From: Octopus sinensis
Lineage: Eukaryota
Assembly (NCBI RefSeq): GCF_006345805.1
Contig: NC_043016.1
Location: forward strand, 12,152,001 to 12,216,000
Direction: 5' to 3'
DNA length: 64,000 nucleotides
Made by a program: the position numbers and the translations under genes. Below, piece by piece: positions 24,265 to 36,932 of this stretch. Every line of letters begins with the position of its first letter. Positions within the stretch are counted from its first letter, which is position 1. The notes beneath the pieces were generated by a model. It did not search any database and was not told where the DNA came from. It saw only the letters and a program-made list of their open reading frames with translations.

Positions 24265-26314
24265 CAGCCAAGTAAAGCATGTACCTCCTCTACAGCTAGA
24301 TGCCTGTTTCTGTCTCTCTGTCTCACTATATAATCTTTCATCACCTCCACCACTGCATCTTCCCCTCTCAAAAGAATTTTGTCTTGCAGGTTACTAGGTG
24401 ACCCTGTCAGTGCAGGTGCCACTTAAAAGCATGTAGTCCACACTGTAAAGTGGTTGGCATTTGGAAAGGCATCCAGCTGTAAAAACTATGCCAAAACTGA
24501 CCTCACCTGTGCTTGTACCATGTAAAAAGCACTAAGTTCACTCTACTGAGTGGTTGGTGTTAGGAAGGGCATCCACCTGTAAAAATCCTGCCAAAACAGT
24601 CACAGAAGTCTGGTGCAGGCTTCTTTCTGGCTGGCTCCTGTCAAACTCTCCAACCCATGCCAGCATGGAAAGCAGATGTTAAACAATGATGATGATGATA
24701 ATTGTGGTAGCACAATTTAGGTATTCTAAATAAATGTTAAAAATTATGTTATGCAATATTGAAATACCTTTTAATAATTTTTATTGTAAGGAAAATGGGA
24801 TTTACAATAAATGCCAATGTGTGCCTTATGAATACATTTGAGCACTGTACAGACCAGGCCGAAGGCTGGGAAGCCTGCTAGTATGTACTTAAAATGAAAA
24901 AATAATCTTTTATTTCCTCATGTAAAAATGTTTCTTAGCTTTCCTTCCACCCAGCATTCATGAAATATGCTTCCCCGGTCATCACACACTTTTTTTTAAA
25001 CATCTTTGTAGAAGCAGTAATGAAGACTGACCATTGTAGATCTTCCAAAGACTGATGTGTTCAATACTATTGGTATTCAGTTTAAGTAATTGAATATTTA
25101 CACCTGTATTGTGGTGGGAGGTTTCAGGTATACCTAAACAGGTGTGTCCCCTCCTGACTTCATTTCCTCATAACTTTCAGAAAAATAGATTTTCCCTTAA
25201 TGGAATTTATTACAGATGCCTTTCAAAGCTGTAGATTTTTTTTTATATAGGAATTTAATGTGAAAATTTTGTTCAGGAGTTTAGGTAATTTACATGGATC
25301 AGTTTTGTTTTCTTATAACTTTTTTAGAAACTATCTATTAATAAAATTTTCTACAAATACCTCTCAGGTGGTATAGGTTAGGATTATATCAGAATTTAAT
25401 GTGGAGAAAAAAGATTGGTAGGCCCTCAAACATACACACCAGTACACATCATCATTTAATGCCTGCTTTCTATGCTAACATGAGCTGGATGGTTTGATAG
25501 GAACTGGCAGACTACAACTAATATCTCACTCTGTCATCTGATATTCAGTAAATGAAGGTGAATATTGATTGTAGTCTGTCATCACAAATTTTTTATGAAA
25601 AAGACATTTTTTGGATGAGGGAAAAATGTACATTGAAATTTGAATTGTGAGAAGCACCAGCGAGTTATTCCAATTTTGTGTGTTTTGGGACAAAGGTTAG
25701 AATATTTCTGTCAAAATTCACTGTCTTTGTTTCAATTAATTTTTAAAACAAATTCTTTTATTCTTTTACTTGTTTCAGTCATTTGACTGCAGCCATGCTG
25801 GAGCACCGCCTTTGGTCGAACAAAATGATCCCAAGACTTATTCTGTCGGTCTCTTTTGCCGAGCCGCTAAGTTATGGGTACATAAACACACCAACATCTC
25901 CCTCTCTCCTATACTCCATTCTTGACCCCTCTCTTGTCTGCTATCATTCTCAGTGCCCTTTTATATCTACCTGCAAGCCCTGCTTACTATAGCCCCATGT
26001 GTACCTCTATATCCCCCTCCCTGCTGCTCCTACACTTTGCACATCTTTCTGCTACTTTCTACTCTATTCCCCTTCTTGAACCATTCCTATTTCCGTCATC
26101 TTACCCCTCTCCATTCCATTCATTTCCATCCCCAATTCTAACCGTCTCTTGCTCCCCTTATACACTCTTATGAAACTTCAGAAGTGCAAAATTTTTTTCC
26201 ATTACCTAACTTGGAATGAGATATTGATGGGTGTTTTTGTTCTTTTTTTGTTTAATAAAAAATTTTTGTAGAGTAAAATTTTCATTGTAACTTTTTTTAA
26301 AATTTTGTTTTCAG

Positions 26315-26387
26315 ACCGAGTATGCAGTTCAGATGTCTTGTAAGAGTTGTGTAAATGCTGTTAAAAAGACTTTGGAAGGAGTTGATG
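26315..26387 (+). CDS. CCS: CCS exon 2 (TEYAVQMSCKSCVNAVKKTLEGVD; Atx1-like domain, MxCxxC)
   Basis: ttttcag| acceptor and |gtaata donor; 73 nt, phase 0-1. Intact MSCKSC copper motif. Confidence 0.95.
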
Positions 26388-28624
26388 GTAATATCTTAAA
26401 TTTATTTAACCATTTAGCATATCAGGCCAAAATAGTCTCCCTGTTTTATGTTCAAACTGATTAGATCCAGTCTCTCACACCTACCCTACAATGCCATTCG
26501 GAAAATGAACAGTTATATCATTGAAGTTGCAAAGTTACAAGATAATGCATGATTAATTCAAAACAATGTAAATAAACAGACTTGGCTATACAGGTGCAGA
26601 CATGGCTGTGTGGTAAGAAGCTTGCTTCCCAACCACATGGTTCTAGGTTCAGTCCCTCTGCGTGGCACCTTGGGTAAGTGCCTTCTACTATAGCCTCAGG
26701 CTGACCAAAGCCTTGTGAGTGGATTTGGTAGATGGAAACTGGAAGAAACCTGTTGCATATAAATATATTGGCGATATGAACTTCTAGAGAGGACCCACCC
26801 ATGTCAGCGAAACTGAGTTCTGGAAGCACTGTATGTCCCATCCACACTTAACGAGAAAACGTCTCACACACTCCACCTCGACAAACCAAACTACATCTCT
26901 GCATCTCTTTTCTTCCTCACATTTCCACTTCATGCAATATGCTTACCTCCAATTTCCCAATCCTGTCTTCTTAGGCCTCTGTCACTGTATCATTGCTATC
27001 TGCTAGCCCCCAACCTGTTTGTTCCACCCACATGTCCTGACTCACTGTATTATTGTGATTTGCTAACCCCTGACCTGTGTGCTCCACCCACACGTAACAA
27101 GAAAAATTTTCACTCACCCTACCCCAACAAACCAATCTACATCTCCACATCTCTTCTCTTTCTCACATTTCCTCCATTATACATTACGCCTAGCTCTTAC
27201 TCCCCAGTCCTGTCCTCAAGGGCCCGTTCCTCTGTATCATTGCTATCCAATGGACCCCAACTATATATACCCAGGTTTTCACCACTCACTCCCCCACCTC
27301 TGTACTCTTTAATCGAACTTCCTTTGCAATATTTTACCACTTATATTATGGTGTTCAAACCTCAAGGGTACGCCCTGGTACTTTCCACCATCTATATCTC
27401 TCTCTTCCTTTGCTCAACCATCCCATTTATACTCTGATCTCCATCCCTTATGAGTATGCCTGGCATTTTGCCACCATCTCTATCCTGCTCTCTCCCACTC
27501 TCTCTTTCCTTCTCCTGCACTTCCCTCAGGCTGGGTAACTATGTAGTTCCTTTGCAGTGGCACACCTGTTTCCATCTTCATTCCTGATCTCTCTCTCGCT
27601 CTCTCTCCCTATCTCTCTCCCTCCCTCCGAGCAACCATGTACTTCCTCTACAGCAAAACATTTGTTTCTGTCTCACCATAACCTTTCATCATCCAACACA
27701 AGATCACCTCCTCCAATGCCCCTTCCCCTCTTGAAAGTTTTTTGTTTTTTGTTTCTTGTCTTGCAAAAACTTGGTGATCCTGTTAGTGCAGGTGTCACTT
27801 CAAAGCACCCAGCATGCACTGTAAAATGGTTGGTGTTTGGAAGGGCATCCTGTTGTAAAAACCTTGCCAAAACTGACCTTGCCTTTGCTTGTGCTACATA
27901 AAAAGCACTAAGTCCACTCTGCTGAGTGGTTGGTGTTAGGAAATGCATTCAGCTGTAAAAATCCTGCCAAAACAGTCACAGAAGTCTGGTACAGGCTTCT
28001 GCTTGGATGGCTCTTGTCAAACCATTCCACCCATGCTAGCATGGATGGCAGACATTAAACGATAATGATGATGATAACACATATATATGTATATATTTGT
28101 GTATGTCTGTGTTTGTCTCCTGCCCAATCGCTTGACAACCAATGCTGGTATGTTTATGTCCCCGTAAATTAGTGGTTATGCAAAAAAGAATAATGGAATA
28201 AGTACTAGGGTTACAAAGAATACGTCTTGGGGTCAATTTCTTTGACTAACACCCCTTAAGGTGTTGCTCCAGCATGGCTGCAGTCTGAAACAAATAAAAG
28301 AATGGCTGAAACAAGTAAAAGAATAAAAGAATTACCTTTCATAGAGTAATCTGAATGCTAAAGAGTTAAAACCTCATGTCATAGTTTTCATAATTCCACT
28401 GTAGTTTAGGATCATATTGAAGAATTCTAATATGGCAAAATAAAATTAGACTGTTGTTGTTTAGCCCCAGTTTTGCTCTGATTGAGCAGAAAAATGTTTT
28501 ACCAAAGGTTCTTCAGTTTTGACTATCTCATCTTACTTTTCAACTACAATGTTCCATAATCCACATTTCTCCAAGATGGTAAGGTGGAATTTGAGGTTTG
28601 ATTCAGCTAAATTTTTTACTAGCT

Positions 28625-28833
28625 TAACCCTTTAGCATTTAAACTGGCCACATCCAGTCTTCTAGTTTTATGCTCAAACCAGCCCTATTAGGCCACTCAC
28701 ACCTACTCTACAATGTCTTTCTACAAATAAGCAATCACATTATATAAATCTTGAAGTTACAAGATAATACATGTTTTATTCAAAACAATGTGAATAAAAT
28801 AAGCATTTCATTTGACAGAATAATCTGAATGGT
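28625..28833. mobile_element. TTAA-flanked (piggyBac-type) MITE. Relatives near 5680, 11460, 26405, 38510, 38975-39260 and 45650.
   Basis: Starts TTAA|CCCTTTAGCATT and ends CTGAAT..GGTTAA; the internal sequence recurs across the window. Confidence 0.6.
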
Positions 28834-28957
28834 TAAGTAACATTCCAGTGTCTCCTATGTTAAGATGTTGAGTCCGAATATACTTAGAAATTGAACTAAT
28901 TTCTTCCGTTGTTCCATGTATTTATTCTTCATTTTAATTTTCATTAATTTTCCTAAG

Positions 28958-29095
28958 GCATCAGCTCTTTTGATATAAACCTGGAAGAACAGCGTGTTGT
29001 GGTTAAATCTGTTCTACTGAGTTCTCAAATTAAAGAACTGCTTGAAAAATCTGGTAAAAAAGTAGCATTACAGGGCTATGGATCAGAACTTACTG
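28958..29095 (+). CDS. CCS: CCS exon 3 ([G]ISSFDINLEEQRVVVKSVLLSSQIKELLEKSGKKVALQGYGSELT)
   Basis: cctaag| acceptor and |gtaaat donor; 138 nt, phase 1-1. Remainder of the HMA domain. Confidence 0.95.
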
Positions 29096-30009
29096 GTAAA
29101 TATACATCTATTTTCTGGCTTTTCTTTGACTTTTCTGAACTAGTTCTTATTTCTTTAAGCGCCTCTTAATCAGTCTTCAAGTAAATTTTTTTTTTGTTCA
29201 TCAATAATAATTAGAAGCAATGTTTCTAACCATTTATTTTCAATTCTCTCATATCCAATTTATTTTTACTTCAAATAATATTTAGTAAAGGATTTTAAAA
29301 CATATCTTTAATACATTAATGTCACATATACTACCAGTGATTCATTGCAAACTCCACACAGCCTCCATATGTACCACCAGGGCTACATTTTCATAATTTG
29401 AGAAAATATTTTCTGTATCTTTAACCTGGTTTCAAGGATATTTAAAATAATATGAGTGCTAAATATTAAAGTTTAATTATTAAATATTGTGATAATGCCA
29501 AAAAATTACATTTCCTTGTAATCAAACTATATGCAGTGTGACTAGAAATACGTGGCATCACCAATAAGTTCTGATAACAAACTGTGGAAGTTAACATGTT
29601 AAAATCCTTTTGTGACAATATTTCTAATAAAATATGATATACTGTCCTTGTTTCAGTTTTGAAAATAATCAGTATTTCAATAAGATAACAACCTTTGTCA
29701 TCAAGCAGGTGTTTAGAACATATTTTAATACAGATGTTCTCACAGATGTTAAAGAAGTGGGGTAGTCTGAAGGTGTGTTGGTGTGTTGTTTCCACCAATA
29801 CTCCTACTTCTGTTTTTATCATACTAAATTGACTGTTGGTTGACCCATTTCTACACAATTTCAAAATATTTCATTCTTTTTTTTTTTTCTATAAACATAA
29901 TATGCTCTCAGTTAAACATATGACATTTATTTTATAAACAACATCCAAGTTTATGCTTAAAATGTTTTGTTTCTCTTCATTAATGTCACCCAGTGTTAGC
30001 TTTAGTGAA

Positions 30010-30470
30010 TCACACACACACTCTCTCTCTCATCACACATACACTCTCATCATGCACACACACTCTCTCTCATCATGCACACACACTCTCTCTCATCATG
30101 CACACACAATCTCTCTCATTACACCCACACACTCTTATCACACACTCATCATGCACACACACACACACACTCTCTCTCATTACACCCACACACTCTTATC
30201 ACACACTCATCATGCACACACTCATCATGCACACACACTCTCTCATCATGCACACACACACACACACTCTCTCATTACACCCACACACTCTTATCACACA
30301 CTCATCATGCACACACACACACACACTCTCTCATTACACCCACACACTCTTATCACACACTCATCATGCACACACACTCTCTCAATACGCACATACACTC
30401 TAGTGCATACACTCATCACACACACACATCCTCTCTCACACACACACTCTCTCTCGCACACACAGACACT
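30010..30470. repeat. Compound CA/CT/CAT low-complexity tandem repeat in CCS intron 3
   Basis: Reiterated CACACACTCTCTCATCATG and ATTACACCCACACACTCTTAT blocks. Confidence 0.92.
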
Positions 30471-32239
30471 TTCGTACACATTCTCATGCGTAAAAAGCAG
30501 ATGCATTAGAAAACGAGCACCAATCAGTGTTATGCTACGCTGCACCCTGTTCACGCATCAAGTGGTTGGTAATAAGAAAAGCACCCAGCTAGTCAAACCA
30601 TTCACCCCAAAATGAAGGCATTTAGTTGGAAGAGCTGGAGGTTCTGTAAGCTACAGTAAAAGCTGTCCAATGAGGAGAGTAGTAACTCTCTAATAAAACT
30701 GATACAGAGTACAGGAGGCTTTTTGGGTTTGTTGCAGATTTCTCTAGTGGTGCTGGCAATGAAAAAAATTGCCAAACTATAGCTGATGATTGGTAAGGCA
30801 TCAAGCCCTTAAACCATATTCTGGCAGAAACATTAGCGTGCCGGGCGAAATGCTTAGCGGTATTTCGTCTGTCGTTACTTTCTGAGTTCAAATTCCGCCG
30901 AGGTCGACTTTGCCTTTCATCCTTTCGGGTAGATAAATAAAGTACCAGTTTTGCACTGGGGTCGATGTAATCGACTTAATCCCTTTGTCTGTCCTTGTTT
31001 GTCCCCTCTATGTTTAACGCCTTGTGAGTAGTAAAGAAATACATATTCTTAAGAAACATGGCATGCTAAATAACAATGGTTTGGTGAGGTTTTATTCCTG
31101 TTACTATAAGTGCTAGATGATCAAGTGTCCAGTGGTAACATAAATCACTCACAGAAAAATAGGCATGAAATGTCCATGATGATGATGATGATGATACAAC
31201 AGTTTTACAGTATTATTTTCATGATGAAATTGATAAACTCTTAGATGTGTTTTACCATGCTTGGAGACTTGGCATTGTGGGATGGAGCTGGTGATAGGAA
31301 AGACATCTGGGTAGAAAATGTCTACCTTAACTCATGTAAGCATGAAGTGTGAATGTTACAATGATGATAATGATAATCATGAAGTTCTTACCTTCTTTAA
31401 CAATTCAATAAAATTTTAACATGTTGGGATGAATACTAATTCATGTAAATATCTTATACAAGCTATGTCTTGAATGGAATAATATAATAAAACAAGGCAG
31501 TGAGCTGGCAGGAACGTTAGCACGCCGGGCAAAATGCTTAGCAGTATTTCGTCTTCCATTACGTTCTGAGTTCAAATTCCACCGAGGTTGACTTTACCAT
31601 TCATCCTTTTGGGGTTGATAAATTAAGTACCAGTTATGCACTGGGGTCGATGTAATCGACTTAATCCATTTGTCTGTCCTTGTTTGTCCCCTCTGTATTT
31701 AGTCCCTTGTGGGTAGTAAAGAAATAGGTATTTCATCTGTCTTTATGTTCTGAGTTCAAATTGCACCAAGGTCAACTTTGCCTTTCATCCTTTTGGGGTC
31801 GATAAATTAAGTACCAGTTGCGTACTGGGGTCAATCTAATTAACTGGGCTCTTCCCCAAAAATTTTGGGCCTTGTGCCTAGAGTAGGAAAGAATATAGTA
31901 AAACAAGAATAACAAACCAATATGTATAATTAGCTTTCATTTAAAATTACTGGGTTGGGTGGATGTATGTTTTTATATACCATTGATGCAGGTGTGGCTG
32001 CATGGTTAAGAAGCTTGCATGGCACCTTGGGCAAGTGTCTTCTATTGTAACTTTGGGCTGACAAAAACCTTGGGAGTGGCTGCAGACATTAAATGATGAT
32101 GGCAAGATAATATTATTTATTTAGTGTCTATTCTGCAAACTCATTATTTATAATATAAAACTGCATTTGTCTTTTGTTGTTTTGAATGAGCTGGTTTCAC
32201 ATTTACCAAATTTAAGAAGCTTCTTTGATATTAACGCAG

Positions 32240-32423
32240 GGAAAAATTTGGGTGCTGCTGTAGCTGCAATTGATATGGGTAAAAGTATGGTTCAAGGAGT
32301 TATTAGATTGGTACAGGCTTCACCAAAAACGTGTGTCATCGAAGGAACACTTGATGGCTTAAAACCTGGAGTGCACCGACTGAGCATACATGAATATGGT
32401 GATATCTCAAATGGTTGTAATAG
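32240..32423 (+). CDS. CCS: CCS exon 4 ([G]KNLGAAVAAIDMGKSMVQGVIRLVQASPKTCVIEGTLDGLKPGVHRLSIHEYGDISNGCN)
   Basis: cgcag| acceptor and |gtgagt donor; 184 nt, phase 1-2. Start of the Cu/Zn-SOD-like domain 2. Confidence 0.97.
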
Positions 32424-32829
32424 GTGAGTGTTATTGGGATTAAAACATCCCATAAACTAACGATTCTGTTTTTTACAAATACTTTTAAATTAGAATATAT
32501 TCTAGTGAATTAATAGGGCCAGCTAGTAGATTTAAGAGCAATATTTTCAGATTTCTTAACCATTTAGAAATGAAGTCTCCTGGTGTTTTCTGGGGTTTTT
32601 TTGCTACTGAATATGGAGCCATTTTTATGAAATACAAAAAAGTGTAAGTAGTTCATGAGACACAGGCTTGGCTGTGTGGTTTAGAAGCTTGTTTCCCAGC
32701 CAAGTGATCTCGGGTTCAGTCCTAGCCCAGGTCAACCAAAGAGCTTTGTGAGTGGATTTGGTAGACAGAAAATGAAACAAGCCTATTGTATAAGTATGTG
32801 TTTGTGTGAGTAATTTTGGAGGTACGTAA

Positions 32830-33435
32830 CATAATGGTTAGGGTATTCAGCTCATGGTTGTAAGGTCAGGAACTTGTTTTATGGTGGCACATTGTGTCTT
32901 TGAGTAAGACAGTTTATTTCACGTTGCTCCAGTCCAATCAGCTAGCAAAAACAAGTAGAACCTGTATTTCAAAGGGACAGCCTTGTCATACTCTGAGTCT
33001 TCCTAAGGATTACATTAAGGGTATACATGTCTGTGGAGTACTCAGCCACTTGCACATCAATTTCACGAGCAGGCTATTCTGTTGATTGGATCAACAGGAG
33101 CGTTTGTTGTCACAACTGATGGGGTGCCAGGGGTATCTGGCTCATTATCATAAGGTCATGGGTTTGATATCCAGCAGTTCATTATGTCCTTGAGCAAGAC
33201 ACTTTATTTCACGTTGCCCCAGTCCACTCAGGTGGGTAAAAACAAGTTGTACCTGTAATTCAAAGGGTAAGCCATGTCACAATCTGTGTCTTGCTGAATC
33301 TCCCCGAGAACTACGTTAAGGGTACACGTGTCTGTGGAGTGCTCGGCCACTTGCACATTGATTTCACAAGCAAGCTGTTCCGTTGATCGGATCAACTGGA
33401 ACATGTATTATTGCAATTGACAAAGTGCCAGAGTG
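32830..33435 (+). mobile_element. Two head-to-tail SINE copies (TGTCCTTGAGCAAGACACTTTATTTCACGTTG family). Relatives at 35090-35450(+) and 37830-38140(-).
   Basis: tRNA-like head, CORE-like central motif and a shared GTCTGTGGAGTACTCAGCCACTTGCAC body. Confidence 0.8.
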
Positions 33436-33936
33436 TGGTGAGTAATTTCATGTTTCTCTGCATGTTTTTCACTCACTGGTTTATAAACAATGGCTTCACT
33501 AACAATGTCATTTACTTTTAGTCCACCTCAAAAGCATGTTCCAGCTTCTTGACATCTTTTGATTATGTTCCACAAATCTTTATAAACAAAACACACATTT
33601 TGTTGTCGTATGTCGTCTGTTCTTCATGTGAACATGTCCAAGCTGGTCGTTCTTCATTAGACTTGAAAATGTGTTGCTTCACTTGGAAACCAGTGGGAAT
33701 TGTTGACAGGAAACATATCCAGTCACATTCTGGAGTTTAATCTAAATGTATAAAGTTAGTCAAATTTGGTACAAAAGATCTTTGTTGAAGAATTTTTTTC
33801 TTGCTTTACATAACGGTGTGATAGAATACACAAACAAAATGTTATTCAAAGTTAAAATCCTTACAGAGTATTAAAGGAATTGATGTATTTTCTAATTTCA
33901 CATTTAAAAACACAAAATTATTTTTTGTTATTTTAG

Positions 33937-33979
33937 TTGTGGAGATATTTATGGTCTAAAGCAAAAGTTTGATAAAGAT
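33937..33979 (+). CDS. CCS: CCS exon 5 ([S]CGDIYGLKQKFDKD)
   Basis: ttttag| acceptor and |gtaagt donor; 43 nt, phase 2-0. SCG continues the domain 2 alignment. Confidence 0.88.
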
Positions 33980-35516
33980 GTAAGTTTTATTGAATAATTT
34001 TCTTTATTCTTTCATGAATGAAAAGTATTCTACACAATAAAAGTATGGTTGAATGTTGTGTACTTCTGTAAGTTTTAGTAGACAGTCTCATTTACCAAAG
34101 AATGCAACCTTCCTGTTTCTGCCAACTCACAACCTATTACTTTCCATTCCAACATCTCAAGAATTATGGAGTCATTAACGACCACCATAAATATATCTTT
34201 TCTTTTGCATTTATTGTCACCTAGTAACCATCGTTACCGTTTCCATGCAAACAGATCCACTAAAAGCCCTTTCCTACAATCCATATTAGTTGTCTCTCAA
34301 AGTTAAAAACTTCAGTAGAAGCAATATTGTTGCTCTTAACTTGCATAAATCTTCCAATCTTTGGTCTGCCATGAAAGCTTCTTGGAAAATTTCTTTTCTC
34401 GTGAATTCTGTCTCTGATCTCTTGAACCTGAAGTTTCCTGTCAGACTAATCCTTCTTAGTATCTACAGACTGTGTCTAACCCATGACCTATCAACCTTGG
34501 TCGGCCTTAAGATTACATCTTCCTCATGCTGTACTTGCTGTATCAATCCATGCCTGCTGTTCTGGCCACACATACACACTCATACACATATGATATCACT
34601 TCCATAGATTGGCCGAGTCGTTAGAACATTAAACAAAATACAATATTTATTCTGGCGCCTTAATGTGGCAAGCTGGCAGAATTGCTAGCATACCAAGCTT
34701 AGTGGCATTTTGTCTGTTTTTACATTCTGAGTTCAAATTCTGACATGGTTGACTTTAGCTTTCATCCTTGTGGGGTCAATAAAATAAGTACCAGTTGATT
34801 ACTGAGGTCAATGCAATTTGGGGGGAGGGGACTAGTCGATTACACTGACCCCAGTGCTTGACTGGTACTTATTTTATCAACCCGAAATTGTTGGCCTTGT
34901 GCCAAAATTTGAAACCAGTATTTATTCTCGCACCTTGCGTTCTAGGTTCAAGTCTGGTTGAGCTCCACTTTACCTTTCATTCCCCCAGGGTCAATAAAGC
35001 ACTAGTTTAGGGTGGCAAACTCACAGAAGTATTTATGTTAGGCAGGTGGCTTTCTGGTACTTGTTTAAACTGTTTGTATTCTGAGTTCATATCATGTAGC
35101 TTTTGTGAGTAGTAGATTTTATTTTGTAATGGTTCATGGCTTAGTGCTTAGGGTACTTGGCTCATGATTGCAAGGCCACGAGTTCAATTCTCTGCAGTAT
35201 GTTGTGTCCTTGAGCAAGACACTTTATTTCACCTTGCTCCAGTCCATTCAGCTGGCAAAAATGAGCAATCCTATGATGGCAAAAGGCCAGCTGTGTCACA
35301 TTCTGTGTCGTGCTGAATCTTCCTGTGAAAAACGTTAAGAGTACACATGTCTGTGGAGTACTCAGCCATTTGCACATTGATTTCACAAGCAGGTTGTTCT
35401 GTTGATTGGATCATTTGGATCCCTCACCATCATAACCAACAGAGTGCCAGACTTAATCTACCACCATATTTAACACCACTGCCACCTGGCACCTAGTTTA
35501 TCATTACATTACTGTA

Positions 35517-35852
35517 AGCATGGCTCAGTGGTTAGAGCGTCGAGCTTACAATCGTGAGGTTGTGAGCTCGAATCCCGGACCGGGCTGCGTGTTGTGTTCT
35601 TAAGCAAGGCACTTTATTTCACGTTGCTCCAGTTCACTCAGCTGTAGAAATGAGTTGCGACGTCACAGGTGCCAAGCTGTATCGGCCCCTTTGCCTTTCC
35701 CTTGGACAACATCGGTGACGTGGAGAGGGGAGGCCGGTATGCATGGGCGACTGCTGGTCTTCCATAAACAACCTTGCCCGGGCTTGTGTCTGGGAGGGTA
35801 ACTTTCTAGGTGCAATCCCATGGTCATTCATGACCGAAGGGGGTCTTTACCC
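35517..35852 (+). mobile_element. tRNA-derived SINE with CORE-like domain. Relatives at about 15520-15850 and 55620-55872.
   Basis: TGGCTCAGTGGTTAGAGC A box and GCTCGAATCC B box, followed by the SINE body. Confidence 0.85.
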
Positions 35853-36777
35853 TTACTATAATAAAAGTGTAGGTAGAATTCAAAAGCAAAATTTTGGTTC
35901 ATTAAGAAAAGTCTCCTCCAAGGAAGCAGTCTTGATGGTAATAAGGATGTTTGAAGCCCAATAAACAGTTTTTCTACACACATAAAATTCAAATATCAGT
36001 TTGTTTTAGCAGTTGTTCCTATTTAGTTTATTAAATAAATAAATGTTTTATAAATTTTGTAGTTGCAGCGCTATACATTCTGAGTTCAAATTCCACTCTG
36101 AGGACAGCTTTGCTTTTCGTCCTTTCTGGGTTGATAAAATAAGTACCAGTCAAGCACTGGGGTCAGTGTAATCGACTAGTCCCCTCCCCCCAAATTGCAG
36201 GTTTTGTGCCTATATTAGAAAGGATAAATTTTCTAGTTGCAGGCGTGACTGTATGGTTAAGAGGTTCACCTCCCAATCACATAGTTTTGGGTTCAATCCC
36301 ACTGTGTGGCACCTTGAGCAAGTGCCCTCTATTATAACCCCAGTCTGACCATAGCCTTGTGTGTACATTTTCTAGATGGAAACTAAAAGAAGCCTATCAT
36401 ATGAGTGAGTGTGTGTTTGTGTCTCCTTATCTTGAGATTGTATGATTGTTATAAAAGAACCTTACTGTCATACAAGCAATGTAATTCATTTCCAATACTC
36501 TGGCATGAACATGTCTGGCCATGGAGAAATATTACCTTACATGGAAACAGGTGAGGGTTGGCGACAGGAAGGGCATCTGATTATAGAAAATCTGTCTCAG
36601 GAAACTCTATCTGATCCATGCAAAAATGGAATAGTGGACATAAATGGTGATGATGATGATGATGATGTTGATGGTGATGTCTAAAATTCTAGTGTTTTTA
36701 AAATGTATTACCATTAAATGTGTTAATTATCCATTCATTCACTCAGAATTCACACTGATGTATTTTATTTGTTATAG

Positions 36778-36932
36778 GCTCCTGGCAATCTTGATGTTAT
36801 AAAAGCTGGAGAGACTGGAAGAAGTGACTTCAGGCTGGTCAAAGATAATCTTATCATTTCAGAGATTATTGGTCGTTCCATGGTAATTCATGAAGGAAAC
36901 GATATATCATTTACAGGCAATCCAAGTGATAG
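36778..36932 (+). CDS. CCS: CCS exon 6 (APGNLDVIKAGETGRSDFRLVKDNLIISEIIGRSMVIHEGNDISFTGNPSD)
   Basis: ttatag| acceptor and |gtaaat donor; 155 nt, phase 0-2. IIGRSMVIHE SOD-fold motif. Confidence 0.95.

Noticed and set aside
22796-24397. Regularly spaced repeats resembling a CRISPR array or a repetitive protein
   Set aside because: The sequence between conserved motifs is itself conserved apart from (CT)n length, so there are no unique spacers. There are no cas genes and the context is eukaryotic and intronic.
25890-27350. Pyrimidine-rich segments with faint resemblance to a Penelope-like retroelement
   Set aside because: Too degenerate to assign by eye; needs a profile search.
29953-30615. 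220-aa His/Thr-rich ORF, tempting as a metal-binding protein inside a copper-chaperone gene
   Set aside because: All three frames are open because the CA/CT repeat lacks stop codons. It has no credible splice sites.
35517-35590. tRNA-like sequence (also at about 3810)
   Set aside because: A and B boxes are present, but the acceptor and anticodon stems do not close and the sequence continues into a multi-copy SINE body.
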